Notes under the pieces: generated by a model | Databases searched by the model: none | What the model was told of the DNA's origin: nothing | Seen by the model: only the letters and a program-made list of their open reading frames with translations | Part shown: piece after piece, positions 1 through 14,487 of the stretch | Layout of the letters: each line of letters starts with the position of its first letter | Numbering within the stretch: position 1 is the first letter of the stretch | Program-made: the position numbers and the translations under genes | Assembly (NCBI GenBank): GCA_002269645.1 | Contig: NIVC01001711.1 | Coordinates: forward strand, 62,001-126,000 | Direction of reading: 5' to 3' | DNA from: Macrostomum lignano | Taxonomy: Eukaryota | DNA: 64,000 nucleotides

Positions 1-8
1 AATTAAAC

Positions 9-1281
<1,273 letters not shown>

Positions 1282-1669
1282 CCGGTAGATAGGTGGGTAG
1301 AAGGTCACCCTGTACTTAGCCGGTAGAGACCGCCTGTCCGCTGCCTCCCTCACTATTTTACAGCTAACTCTTACTCAGCCTCTGATTGGTTGTCAAAACA
1401 GCGGGCCTGGAGGTTTCCCAGTTCTCCCCTCATCCCACAATGATAATTTCATTCAGGCGCATCCAGGACCCTGGGAATGACAACAGTGTCGCATCTTTTA
1501 TATAACAGATGACTCTGTTTACTTATTAAACGCTTCTGGCAACATCGAATGCCGGTAACATTAAGATTTTTTCTTTAAGTGTGAAACTTATCACATGACT
1601 GGCACACATCATGCTTCATCGGTGTGTAAGTTTCTTAAATATTTAATTGTTAACATTTCCAACAGCTGT

Positions 1670-3379
1670 GACTCACTGAATGATCATCAAGGAATATCAG
1701 CTCAGTGACAATGACTCACTGAATGATCATCAATGAATATCAGCTCAGTGACAATGACTCACTGAATAATCATCAAGGAATATCAGCTCAGTGACAATGA
1801 CTCACTGAATGATCATCAAGGAATATCAGCTCAGTGACAATGACTCACTGAATGATCATCAATGAATATCAGCTCAGTGACTCACTGAATGATCATCAAG
1901 GAATATCAGCTCAGTGACAATGACTCACTGAATGATCATCAAGGAATATCAGCTCAGTGACAATGACTCACTGAATGATCATCAATGAATATCAGCTCAG
2001 TGACTCACTGAATGATCATCAAGAAATATCAGCTCAGTGACAATGACTCACTGAATGATCATCAAGGAATATCAGCTCAGTGACAATGACTCACTGAATG
2101 ATCATCAAGGAATATCAGCTCAGTGACAATGACTCACTGAATGATCATCGATGAATATCAGCTCAGTGACAATGACTCACTGAATGATCATCAAGGAATA
2201 TCAGCTCAGTGACAATGACTCACTGAATGATCATCAAGGAATATCAGCTCAGTGACAATGACTCACTGAATGATCATCAATGAATATCAGCTCAGTGACA
2301 ATGACTCACTGAATGATCATCAAGGAATATCAGCTCAGTGACAATGACTCACTGAATGATCATCAATGAATATCAGCTCAGTGACAATGACTCACTGAAT
2401 GATCATCAAGGAATATCAGCTCAGTGACAATGACTCACTGAATGATCATCGATGAATATCAGCTCAGTGACAATGACTCACTGAATGATCATCAAGGAAT
2501 ATCAGCTCAGTGACAATGACTCACTGAATGATCATCAAGGAATATCAGCTCAGTGACAATGACTCACTGAATGATTATCAATGAATATCAGCTCAGTGAC
2601 TCACTGAATGATCATCAAGGAATATCAGCTCAGTGACAATGACTCACTGAATGATCATCAAGGAATATCAGCTCAGTGACAATGACTCACTGAATGATCA
2701 TCACTGAATATCAGCTCAGTGACAATGACTCACTGAATGATCATCAAGGAATATCAGCTCAGTGACAATGACTCACTGAATGATCATCAATGAATATCAG
2801 CTCAGTGACTCACTGAATGATCATCAAGAAATATCAGCTCAGTGACAATGACTCACTGAATGATCATCAAGGAATATCAGCTCAGTGACAATGACTCACT
2901 GAATGATCATCGATGAATATCAGCTCAGTGACAATGACTCACTGAATGATCATCAAGGAATATCAGCTCAGTGACAATGACTCACTGAATGATCATCAAG
3001 GAATATCAGCTCAGTGACAATGACTCACTGAATGATCATCACTGAATATCAGCTCAGTGACAATGACTCACTGAATGATCATCAAGGAATATCAGCTCAG
3101 TGACAATGACTCACTGAATGATCATCAATGAATATCAGCTCAGTGACTCACTGAATGATCATCAAGAAATATCAGCTCAGTGACAATGACTCACTGAATG
3201 ATCATCAAGGAATATCAGCTCAGTGACAATGACTCACTGAATGATCATCACTGAATATCAGCTCAGTGACAATGACTCACTGAATGATCATCACTGAATA
3301 TCAGCTCAGTGACAATGACTCACTGAATGATCATCACTGAATATCAGCTCAGTGACTTACTGAATGATCATCAAGGAAT
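1670..3379. repeat. 43-bp minisatellite (38-bp variant)
   Basis: Unit GACTCACTGAATGATCATCAAGGAATATCAGCTCAGTGACAAT, roughly 40 copies. Contains TGACTCA, the palindrome ATGATCAT and inverted TCACTGA/TCAGTGA arms. Confidence 0.95.
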
Positions 3380-4089
3380 CATCAAGTTCTCTCATGTCTC
3401 TCATCTCTCACGCCCTCATTTTCTTGCCCACTGAAACGCTAGATTTTCAGTGGATAATCTTCACATACGACAATTATACAGTTTCAATCTTTGTCTTCGT
3501 GTATTTGGCTAGTAGTAGGGTAAAATATATAAATGCAAGCAAATTAGTCATATACATTGGTATTTCCCATCTGCCTCCGCAGCCCCCGTGACCCTCCTGT
3601 AACCCGCCACCGAATCAATGTTGTTTAGTTACATTAGTGGAATAGTGGAACGTGCTGCTTCGATCAAAAAATGTGTCCTAAGGTCAGAATATAAAAAATA
3701 TATAACTTAATATACCTTGCAAGATAAGGGAACTAGTGTTTGTGCGTGTGTTATTTTCAAACCAGATTCCTATATTCCAGCATCTTGATATTGTAGCTTC
3801 ATCATTCTCTTTGTGCGCCGAAATTTTCTCCTCTGTCCCTCACCTCTCACTTCAGTGAACTTGTGTGGTTGACCTTTGTTTGTGTGATCTTTGATTGCTA
3901 TAAATGAAAGAGCCAGGTCTTTATAGACTTAGTGGAGCCCAGTAAATCTTAAATTCCTTTCATCCCCATCGTATCCCATGATGTTCCATCTTCAGGAATT
4001 TTAGTTAATTTTAAGTTTTAGAAGGCGAAACATTTATATACCTGACTTGTATTACGAATTCTATTTGGTCTAAGATTATTTAGACTCAA

Positions 4090-4795
4090 ATCATTGGGAA
4101 TGGGTATTCAGTCTCATTGATAATGGGTGTTCAGTCTCATTGTTAATCAGTGTTCAGTCTCATTGAGAATGGGCCTTCAATCGCATTGAGAATCGTCTTC
4201 AATATCATTGAGAGTCATCCTTCAATCTCATTGAGAATAGGCCTTGAATCTCATTGAGAGTCGTCCTTAAATCGCATTGAGAATGGGTATGCAATTTCAT
4301 TGAGAATCGGTATGCAGTCTCATTGAGAATCGGTATGCAGTCTCATTGAGAATGGGTATGCAGTCTCATTGAGAATCGGTATGCAGTCTCATTGAGAATC
4401 GGTATGCAGTCTCATTGAGAATCGGTATGCAGTCTCATTGAGAATCGGTATGCAGTCTCATTGAGAATAGGCCTTGAGTCTCATTGAGAGTCGTCCTTCA
4501 ATCTCATTGAGAGTAGTCCTTCAATCTCATTGAGAGTAGTCCTTCAATCTCATTGAGAGTAGTCCTTCAATCTCATTGAGAGTCGTCCTTCAATCTAATT
4601 GAGAGTCGTCCTTCAATATCATTGAGAGTCGTCCTTCAATCTCATTGAGAATCGTCCTTCAATCTCATTGAGAGTCGTCCTTCAATCTCATTGAGAATCG
4701 TCCTTCAATCTCATTGAGAGTCGTCCTTTAATCTCATTGAGAGTCGTCCTTCAATCTCATTGAGAGTCGTCCTTTAATCGGTATTCAGTCTCATG
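4090..4795. repeat. 23-bp minisatellite with two variant domains
   Basis: TCTCATTGAGAATCGGTATGCAG (about 4280-4460) and TCTCATTGAGAGTCGTCCTTCAA (about 4480-4780). Shared dyad TCTCA-T-TGAGA. Confidence 0.92.
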
Positions 4796-5172
4796 AAGAA
4801 TCGCATTGAGGCTGTCCATAAGAATCGCCCCATAAAATTTTTCTACTGACCTTTTCTGTTCTTTTCATTTTCGGATCAGCAATCAGGAAATGCAGCAGCA
4901 ATATGGCTCGGTACTTGTAATGAAAGTCTCTACTAAGCGTTCTGAGTCATTGCTTGTTCTCTGTCCATATCTGAATTCTGGTAGATTTCTGCTTTTTGAT
5001 TTTTTCCTTCCGCGTGCTCCCCCATTAGCGCTCGTCTTTCCCGTTTATTTTTGCTCAAACTCGAATCTACAACGCGGAAGCAAAAAAATGTCGAACTATT
5101 AAGGACGGAAGTTAAAATAGAAACATTTTCTGGTGGAAAATTCTCCAAATCTTGTCGTTCATTTTTCCTGCC

Positions 5173-5179
5173 TATATAA
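5173..5179 (+). promoter_or_regulatory. candidate TATA box of the RasGAP gene
   Basis: TATATAA about 30 nt upstream of an Inr-like TCAGC (5205-5209) and about 65 nt upstream of ATG 5241. Confidence 0.35.
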
Positions 5180-5240
5180 GCGGCCTCTGTTGGGTCCGAG
5201 AATTGTCAGCCATCTTTTATTGAATAAAAGCCTGCTAAGC

Positions 5241-5453
5241 ATGAGCTGGCCTCTATCGAGACTTCCTGATCTGTTTGCTAATTGGTGTCGCTCCATTCGG
5301 CAACAGGCTGCTCAGGTGCTCAATCAATTGCTGTCAGATTTTTGCATTGGCTTCGCTTTGTAGATGTCAAGTAAATATTGAAAGTTTATAAACATCATTA
5401 GATAATAATCAAGACGGACACTAAGGCACAGGCCGATGGACAGGCAGGCGGGC

Positions 5454-5484
<31 letters not shown>

Positions 5485-5508
5485 TAGACAGAGACACCGA
5501 CAGACAAT

Positions 5509-5545
<37 letters not shown>

Positions 5546-8500
5546 TAAGACAGACACACAGTAAGACCGACAGGCTGGCAGACAGACGTACTAACACAGG
5601 CGTACAGGCGCAATGCACACAAAGACCTTGATATTTGCACGAAAAAAGACGCGCAGGTAAGCAGGGACGCATCAATGCTATCCCCATTGTGCCCGCAGAA
5701 CTCACCCAACTACGACCCGGAGCTGGAGAGCTGCGAGTTCTACCATCCCAGCCACAGGGAGGAGCGCGTCGAGGAGCTGAAGAGCCGGCCAACCGGGACC
5801 TACTTCCTTCGGCCGAGCGCCAAGAGCCGCAGCGTGTCCGTGCTCTGCGTCAATTGTAACGACGCTATAAAAAAATTCGAAATCGAGAGAATCCCGGGCG
5901 GCTTCAATCTGTCCGGCAAAGCATTTCGCACTATTGACGAAGTCATCCAGCGCTACTCCGTTAAGTACATCGACGAGAAGAACGAGGTGAAGTTGCGCGA
6001 GCCGCTGCTCAGACGGAGTCACGCCGCATCCAACCTACCGCAGGAGGACATCTACGCTCCCAATCGGGCTTCATCAACTCAGATTCGGGAGTGCCAACTG
6101 GCCGCCGAGTTTCACTGCCTGTTCCCGAAGCGTCGGAGTCGGCAGCGAGCCTGGAAACGGCAGCGCTGCATTCTGCATCGGCGGCAGGACGAGAATCACG
6201 AGGTGCTGATCACGTCCAGCTCGGAGGTTGGCAGGCAGCCGAAGGGCAAGCCAAAAGGCTTGATAGCGTTGGAGTTCGCTCACTTGTACCCTGTGTGCCA
6301 CGGCGCTTATGACAGGCCGCACTGCCTGCAGTTGGTCATCTTCAATGAGGTGTCTGCGAATTCGACACCGCCTGATGTCTACGTGCTGGCGGCCGACTCG
6401 CAGGCTGTGCTGGCCGAGTGGCTGGCCGCTCTCAAGCCGCTGTGCAAGTGCAGCAAGGTGTGCAACCACGGCCAGAGGAGCGGGCACGTCAGGCATGTCA
6501 GCACGCTGGAGGTGAGCTGATTAGGTTTGTCGGATTTCTAGTGTGGGATTTCTAGTGTAGGGTTTCTAGGTTGGTGATTTTTTGTGGGATTTTTAGTGTG
6601 GGTTTTTTAGTGTGGGATTTCTAGTGTGGGATTTCTAGTGTGAGATTTCTAGTGTTAGGTTTCCAGTGGGGATTTTTAGTGTGGGATTTCTAGTGTGGCA
6701 TTTCTAGTGTGGGATTTCTAGTTTTGGATTTCTAGTGTGGCATTTCTAGTGTAGGGTTTCTAGGTTGGTGATTTTTTGTGGGATTTTTAGTGTGGGTTTT
6801 TTAGTGTGGGATTTCTAGTTTGGGATTTCTAGTGTGGGATTTCTAGTGTGGGATTTCTAGTGTGGGATTTCTAGTGTAGGATTTCTAGTTTGGGATTTCT
6901 AGTGTGGGGATTTTCAGTGTGAGCTTGCTGTTTAGGGTCATTATTTAGCTGCATGATGGCTACCTCCCGCCTGCGCCCATCCAGGTGGCCGTCAAAGGCG
7001 TCCGCAATCTCAACGTCAGCTGTAAGACCGCCTTCGTCGCGGTTCACTTTAACGGGGTTGTGGTGGCGAAGACCCGGTCCAACCGGCGGGAGCAGGACGA
7101 TGACAGCGTGCTCAACTGGGACGAGCAATTCCACTTGTGAGTGCTTCTCATTTTACTTCTCTTTGTCTACCTCTGTATCTGCATTTTAATTTGATTTCCT
7201 CTGGCTATCACTTCTCTGAATTTCGCACTCTCAATTCACTCTGTATATCCCTTTTTTATTTACCTTTGTAGTCCACTTCTCTGCTTAGAGTCTGCCTCTT
7301 AATCTACCTCTCAGTCTACTTCTGTCTGGTAATTAGTCTACTTTTCAGTCTACTTCTTCTGATAATTAGTCTACCTATCAGTCTACTTCTCCTTTTTAGT
7401 CTACTTCTTAGTCTACTTTCCTGTCTGGTAATTAGTCTACTTCTCAGTCTACTTTTCTGTCTGGTAATTAGTCTACTTCTCAGTCTGGTAATTAGTCTAC
7501 CTATCAGTCTACTCTGTCTGGTAATTAGTCTACTTCTCAGTCTACTTCTCAGTCTGGTAATTAGTCTACCTATCAGTCTACTCTGTCTGGTAATTAGTCT
7601 ACTTCTCAGTCTACTTCTCAGTCTGGTAATTAGTCTACCTATCAGTCTACTCTGTCTGGTAATTAGTCTACTTCTCAGTCTACTTCTCTGTCTGGTAATT
7701 AGTCTACTTATCAGTCTACTTCTCTGTCTGCTTATACATGTACGTTGGAGTATTTTGCAGAACTTTATGTCACTCTGTGTCCCCAGCAATAAAAGTACAC
7801 CTCGTAGAACTGCCCTAGATAAATGAAATTGTACAGAATTGAGGCCACTCTGCGTGGGAGGCGAGAGGTCACATGGTGCACAGTGTGTATACACAGATTG
7901 AACTGGTAATTCGCCTGATTTCAGCATGAGTCATAGGATAGTGGAATTTTCACCCTAATATGCAAGTATGCCCATTTTTAAGTAGAATTCCAAGCTTTTC
8001 ATTATTAAAAATGTTACAATTATATAGCATTTCGCTTGTTAAACTTATGTTGCATTGAGCAGCCCCTCAAGAAATTTTGATTGTCTTTATGCTATAGTAA
8101 ATTGAGTGTAGTACAGGAATGTACATCTTCCATAGGGTGCAGAGGTGTACATCTGTTCCATAGGATGCAGAAGAGGTGTACATCTGTTCTAAAAGGTGCA
8201 GAAGTGTACATCTGTTCCATAGAGTGCAGAGGTGTACATCTGTTCCATAGAGTGCAGAGATGTACATCTGTTCCATAGGGTGCAGAGGTGTACAAGTGCA
8301 TCTGTTCCATAGGGTGCAGCAGAGGTGTACATCTGTTCCATAGGGTGCAGAGGTGTACAAGTACATCTGTTCCATAGTGTGTAGAGGTGTACAAGTGCAT
8401 CTGTTCCATAGGGTGCAGAGGTGTACAAGTGCATCTGTTCCATAGGGTGCAGCAGAGGTGTACATCTGTTCCATAGGGTGCAGAGGTGTACAAGTGCATC

Positions 8501-11500
8501 TGTTCCATAGGGTGCAGCAGAGGTGTACATCTGTTCCATAGGGTGCAGAGGTGTACAAGTGCATCTGTTCCATAGGGTGCATCAGAGGTGTACATCTGTT
8601 CTATAGGGTGCAGAGGTGTACAAGTACATCTGTTCCATAGTGTGTAGAGTTGTACAAGTGCATCTGTTCCATAGGGTGCAGAGGTGTACAAGTGCATCTG
8701 TTCCATAGGATGCAGCAGAGGTGTACATCTGTTCCATAAGGTGCAGAGGTGTACATCCGTTTCTGTAGCATGTACTGAACAGCAAAAGCTTCAACCCTTA
8801 CGCCTCTCCACTGCAGCGAGTTCTTCCCAGAGTGCATTCACACTCTCAGCCTGCACATGACTCGACGTAAGACGCCCAAGACTACCAAAGTGATGAAGCA
8901 CGACGTTCGAGTGTCCGATTTAAGCCTGGGTCGAACCTCAGACTTCAAAGTGCCGGCGGCGCAGGACAAACTGCAGTTGTGCTTCTCCGTCCGCAGAGTC
9001 GGGTACGCGGTGCTGCAGGCCAGCAAAGACTACGTCCCAATTCGGGATATTTTCCTCAAGTCAAAAGACGATCCCACTGAATGCCTGCGAGCACTTGCCG
9101 AGGTGTGCACCTCCGAGGATTTGACTTACCTGGCCAGGGCCATCTACAAGGTGTTCGCTTATTACGATCAAGTGGCAAACCTGCTAACCAGCCTCCTGCT
9201 TAGAGAAATTCAGTCTATTAGCAGCGAGTCCGAGGGTGTGCTGTTCAGGACCACCACTATTGGCACTTCGGTGCTTGAAGTCTACCTGGTCACCGATGAG
9301 CCTATGCAGTTTGTGCGCCACTGTCTCGGCGAAATGGTTCAAGAGGTGCGTCTTTTGCTCGATTGAGATCCGTTCGGGCCAGGATCAGTGTTGCTTGTCA
9401 GTAGTGTCATAGATTATATCATGGTCATTCATGACCTGTGTCAGTGGCTAGAGAATCATAGGCAGTGTCAGTGCCTAGTGCTTGGAATTGTCAGCAGATG
9501 CTCATAGCGAGTTTCAGTCAGCAAGATGCTCATAGCCACAGTCAGCAGATGCTCATAGCCACAGTCAGTCAGCAGATGCTCATAGCCACAGTCAGTCAGC
9601 AGATGCTCATAGCCACAGTCAGCAGATGCTCATAGCCAGAGTCAGTCAGCAGATGCTCATAGCCACAGTCAGCAGATGCTCATAGCCACAGTCAGCAGAT
9701 GCTCATAGCCAGAGTCAGTCAGCAGATGCTCATAGCCAGAGTCAGTCAGCAGATGCTCATAGCCAGAGTCAGTCAGCAGATGCTCATAGCCACAGTCAGT
9801 CAGCAGATGCTCATAGCCAGAGTCAGCAGATGCTCATAGCCAGAGTCAGTCAGCAAATGCTCATAGATACAGTCAGCAGATGCTCATAGAAAGTTTCAGT
9901 CAGCAGATGCTCATAGCGAGTTTCAGTCAGCAGATGCTCATAGCCACAGTCAGCAGATGCTCATAGCCACAGTCAGTCAGCAGATGCTCATAGCCACAGT
10001 CAGTCAGCAGATGCTCATAGCCACAGTCAGTCAGCAGATGCTCATAGCCAGAGTCAGTCAGCAGGTGCTCATAGCCACAGTCAGTCAGCAGATGCTCATA
10101 GCCACAGTCAGTCAGCAGATGCTCATAGCCACAGTCAGTCAGCAGATGCTCATAGCCAGAGTCAGTCAGCAGGTGCTCATAGCCACAGTCAGTCAGCAGA
10201 TGCTCATAGCCACAGTCAGTCAGCAGATGCTCATAGCCACAGTCAGTCAGCAGATGCTCATAGCCACAGTCAGCAGTCATTTCTCCCTCGCAGATCGTCA
10301 ACAGCAACGCCAACCTGGAGCTGAAGGCGGACCGCCTGTTGCACTCTAGTGGCGAGATGAGCGACCTGGACGAGGCGGACTCTATTGCTAGGAGGAACGC
10401 GGCCCGGCTCATCGAGCTGCTGAACAGCTGCATGAGGCGGACATTGCGGCACTGCCAGGCAAGCGGCTGCCCGGCCATCCTGCACCAGGTGAGCGTGGCC
10501 TGTCAGCAGGAGACAACTCGGCGCTTTCCTCAGGCCACGGCTCGCGTTCTGTCTGCTTTCTTCTTTCTGCGCCTGTTCTGCCCGGCGTTGACCACGAAGT
10601 TTAGGCAGGTGTTCGGAGCCGAGCTCCATCAGGAAGTCAGTCCGCAGGTGCTGCGATCTCTGCAGCTGGCCGCCAAGGCTCTGCAGTTGTTTGCTAATCA
10701 GTCAAAAACTATGCGAGAGGCTTGCATGGAGCTGGTGCGACCTTTTGTGTGCGAGAATACGGATTTGTTTAACCAGCTCAACGCTTGTCTGGTGAGTTGT
10801 CTGGCATGGCATTGATTTCATGTTCTGGGTGATTTTTGTTTTTTAAATTGGGACAATTTCTGGCAATTTTCTCCACTCGAATTGGGATAATCTGTGGCTA
10901 ATTTCCCCACTCGAATTGGGATAATCTGTGGCAATTTTCCCCACTTAAATTGGGATAATCTGTGGCTAATTTCCCTACTCGAATTGGGATAATTTGTGGT
11001 AATTTTCCCCACTCGAATTGGGATAATCTGTGGCTAATTTCCCCACTCGAATTGGGATTATTTGTGGCGATTTTCCCCACTTGAATTGGGATAATCTGTG
11101 GAAATTTTCCCTAATTAAATTGGGATAATCTGTGGCAATTTTCCCCACTCGAATTGGGATAATTTGTGGTAATTTTCCCCACTCGAATTGGGATAATCTG
11201 AGGCGATTTTTCCTAATTAAATTGGGATAATTTGTGGCGATTTTCCCCACTTGAATTCGGATAATTTGTGGCGATTTTCCCCACTGGAATTGGGATAATC
11301 TGTGGGAATTTTCCCCATTCCAATTGGGATAATCTGAGGCAATTTTCCCCATTCCAATTGGGATAATCTGTGGTAATTTTCCCCACTCAAATTGGGATAA
11401 TCTGTGACTAATTTCCCCACTCGAATTGGGATAATCTGTGGCGATTTTCCCCACTCGAATTGGGATAATTTCTGACGATTTTCCCTAGTTAACTTGGGAT

Positions 11501-11932
11501 AATTGTTGACAATTTTCCCCACTGGAATTGGGATTATTTGTGTCTATTTTTTCAGTAACTCGTATGTAAGATGTTATGGGGATTTTTTTATGTTGTAGAC
11601 TTTTTTATTGAGGCTATAAAGAAATACAAGTCATCCCCTCTCAACTCCAGACGGCTTCCCCGGATCCGGTGGCTCCCCTCTCCGCCGGTTCCTCCGCCGA
11701 CGCTCCGTCCTCTTCGTCCGCCGGCGCCGCCGCTGCCGCCGCGTCAAGCAGCCCGTCGGATTTGCAGAACATCAGCCTGACGTTCGAGCTGGCCAGCGTC
11801 CACGATTTTTGCGCCCGACATCTCGACGACCTGCGCAATTTGCAGACTCGCTCAGGCAGTCAGAATCTCAACACGCTCATCAAGGCCACCGAGTTCCTAT
11901 CGAACCGGCTGTCAAATGAGACGAATAGGTGA
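5241..11932 (+). CDS. RASA1: p120 RasGAP (RASA1-like): SH2-PH-C2-RasGAP, about 801 aa
   Basis: Phase-consistent exons: 5241-5315 (weak, uncertain), 5600-5656, 5699-6511, 6985-7136, 8817-9345, 10294-10791, 11651-11932 (TGA). SH2 motif FLRPS. PH motifs KPKGLI and RPHCLQLV. C2 motif VAKTR...WDEQF. GAP arginine finger LFRTTT and FFFLRLFCPA. C-terminal ELASVHDFCARHLDDLR resembles RASA1 DLAALHEICVAHSDELR as recalled. The 5' end is less certain than the core exons. Confidence 0.88.
5455..5545. repeat. (CAGA)n/(GA)n microsatellite in candidate RasGAP intron 1
   Basis: Direct reading. Confidence 0.9.
6531..6918. repeat. 14-bp intronic minisatellite
   Basis: Unit GTGTGGGATTTCTA filling intron 6512-6984. 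Confidence 0.92.
7312..7728. repeat. modular 12-mer-based intronic minisatellite
   Basis: Alternating AGTCTACTTCTC, AGTCTGGTAATT and AGTCTACCTATC modules. Confidence 0.88.
8118..8762. repeat. 28-34-bp intronic minisatellite
   Basis: Unit GTGTACATCTGTTCCATAGGGTGCAGAG with AAGTGC or CAG insertions. Confidence 0.92.
9493..10276. repeat. 27/23-bp intronic minisatellite
   Basis: Unit CAGCAGATGCTCATAGCCACAGTCAGT, running up to the polypyrimidine tract of acceptor 10293. Confidence 0.93.
10845..11540. repeat. 34-bp intronic minisatellite
   Basis: Unit AATTGGGATAATCTGTGGCAATTTTCCCCACTCG with an imperfect TGGG...CCCA hairpin. Confidence 0.93.
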
Positions 11933-12024
11933 ACCTGACTTAGAGAGCTTGCGCTTCCGCTCTACTGATAGTAGTAAGCCGTAGCATTTCTCCTGTATCT
12001 CTGGGTCCGTTGCTAATACCCGCT

Positions 12025-12315
12025 GTGCATCCCCACTGATGAACAACCCCTTGTGCATCCCTACTCTGATTTACATCCCCACTGATGTGCATCCCCACTC
12101 TGATGTACATCTCTATTCTAATGTACATCCCCACTCTGATGTACATCCCCACTCTGATGTACATCCCCACTCTGATGTACATCCCCACTCTGATGTACAT
12201 CCCCACTCTGATGTACATCCCCACTCTGATTTACATCTCTATTCTAATGCATATCCCCACCCTGATGTACATCCCCACTCTGATGTACATCCCCACTCTG
12301 ATGTACATCCCCACT
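12025..12315. repeat. 18-bp minisatellite in RasGAP 3' region
   Basis: Unit ATCCCCACTCTGATGTAC. Confidence 0.9.
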
Positions 12316-12522
12316 GTACGCCCCATTTCCCACCGAAAGTCTCATATTCACTGCGGTTAAACAAACTTCAACTTCAATGGAAATCGGCTTTGCCCAGCTG
12401 TTAGAATCTGCCAGTTTTATTCATGATTTGCGAACCCTCACTGTTTATTGCGCTCCGATCTGGTTATCTTGGATTAAAACATTGATTGATTAGTACACCT
12501 TTGCAGTGATTATTACAAATTT

Positions 12523-12528
12523 AATAAA
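12523..12528 (+). terminator. candidate poly(A) signal of the RasGAP gene
   Basis: AATAAA about 590 nt after the stop codon. Confidence 0.3.
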
Positions 12529-12867
12529 AATTGCATGTATCTCGTACACTGTGCGATACTTGTATCTGTGCCATCCGTCTGCTCATCACGGGCACGGAAA
12601 TGATGCATGATTTCTGATCCAGTTTTAATGCTCAGTGCGTGTAGCATGGTATCACGTGACTTAATTAATTTTCTATATTCCTGTCATGCTGGAAATTTCA
12701 CTGTGCGATTTTAAACTTGCGATTTCAATATAATTGATTAATTATGTTACCAAATTTTCGGCTGATTGATTATGTTGTACTTCAGCATAGTCTGCTTTGT
12801 AAAGCAGCGGGTTTTGAAATAAATTTGTTTCCCACTTTCTGTTGCGATTCGCTGATGCCAGTAATGA

Positions 12868-14022
12868 AATCCCAGATTCTCAAATCCCAGAATCCCATAT
12901 CCTCAAACCCCAGATTCCCAGATCCTCAAAACCCGATTCCCAGATCCTCAAAACCCAGAATCCCAGATCCTCAAATCCCAGAATCCCAGATCCCCAAACC
13001 CTAGAATCCCAGATCCTCAAATATCAGAATCCCAGATCCCTAAACCCCAGAATCCCAGATCCCCAAACCCCAGAATCCCAGATCCTCAGATACCGGAATC
13101 CCATATCACCAAATCCCAGAATCCCAGATCCCCAAACCCCAGAATCCCAGATCCCCATACCCCAGAATCCCAGATCACCAAACCCCAGAATCCCAGATCT
13201 CAAATCCCAGAATCCCATATCCTCAAATCCCAGAATCCCAGATCCTCAAAACCCGATTCCCAGATCCTCAAAACCCAGAATCCCAGATCCTCAAATCCCA
13301 GAATCCCAGATCCCCAAACCCTAGAATCCCAGATCCTCAAATATCAGAATCCCAGATCCCTAAACCCCAGAATCCCAGATCCCCAAACCCCAGAATCCCA
13401 GATCCTCAGATACCGGAATCCCATATCACCAAATCCCAGAATCCCAGATCCCCAAACCCCAGAATCCCAGATCCCCAAACCCCAGAATCCCAGATCACCA
13501 AACCCCAGAATCCCAGATCTCAAATCCCAGAATCCCAGATCCCCAAACCCCAGAATCCCAGATCCTCAAAACCCAGAATCCCAGATCCTCAAATCCCAGA
13601 ATCCCAGATCCCCAAACCCTAGAATCCCAGATCCTCAAATACCAGAATCCCAGATCCCTAAACCCCAGAATCCCAGATCCCCAAACCCCAGAATCCCAGA
13701 TCCTCAAATACCGGAATCCCATATCACCAAATCCCAGAATCCCAGATCCCCAAACCCCAGAATCCCAGATCCCTAAACCCCAGAATCCCAGATCACCAAA
13801 CCCCAGAATCCCAGATCTCAAATCCCAGAATCCCAGATCCCCAAACCCCAGAATCCCAGATCCTCAAATACCAGAATCCCAGATCCCCAAACCCAGAATC
13901 CCAGATCCCCAAACCCAGAATCCCAAATCCCCAAACCCCAGAATCCCAGATCACCAAATCCCAGAATCCCAGATCTCAAATCCCAGAATCCCAGATCCTC
14001 AAATACCAGAATCGCAGATCCC
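12868..14022. repeat. CCCAGAATCCCAGATCC-type satellite with about 320-bp higher-order repeat
   Basis: 7-mer-derived modules. The diagnostic AATCCCATATCCTCAAA recurs at 12891 and 13211. Confidence 0.92.
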
Positions 14023-14487
14023 AATAGAAAAATATCGTTATGCTTTGTACAAGTATTAAATATTTGTAAGCTGAATCACAATTTTTGTTAATGAATCATT
14101 CTGATTTTCTTATATACTGAGTCCTGTTCTTTAAATAGTTTAGGTTTAAAGCGTTAATTTGCGTTGGCAAAGCAAAAGAAACTCTGGTGTCTTCTTAATT
14201 TAGTATTGTCCAAGCCAAGCTTTTCTATAATCCTAACTTTTGCTGCATGTACTACTTCTATTTTTGCCCCACCAGTAGTTGTAGTGGCATATGCGGTCAT
14301 TCTGTTTCCGTTATTTTTGTTTTACAGATTAAAATTGTGCACCCTAAATACATAGTATTTTTATTATTGACATGCTTTTAATGTCAATAAGTGCGTTTCA
14401 TTTCTTATCGAATTTTATTCGATCCTGAAGGCTTGAGTCTGTCTGTTTCTTTAAGCCAATAATTTTAAGTGTTTTAATCTAGGATTT

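Noticed and set aside
1670-3379. CRISPR-like appearance of the palindromic 43-, 47- and 30-bp arrays
   Set aside because: Units abut directly with no unique spacers, there are no cas genes, and the context is eukaryotic with spliceosomal introns.
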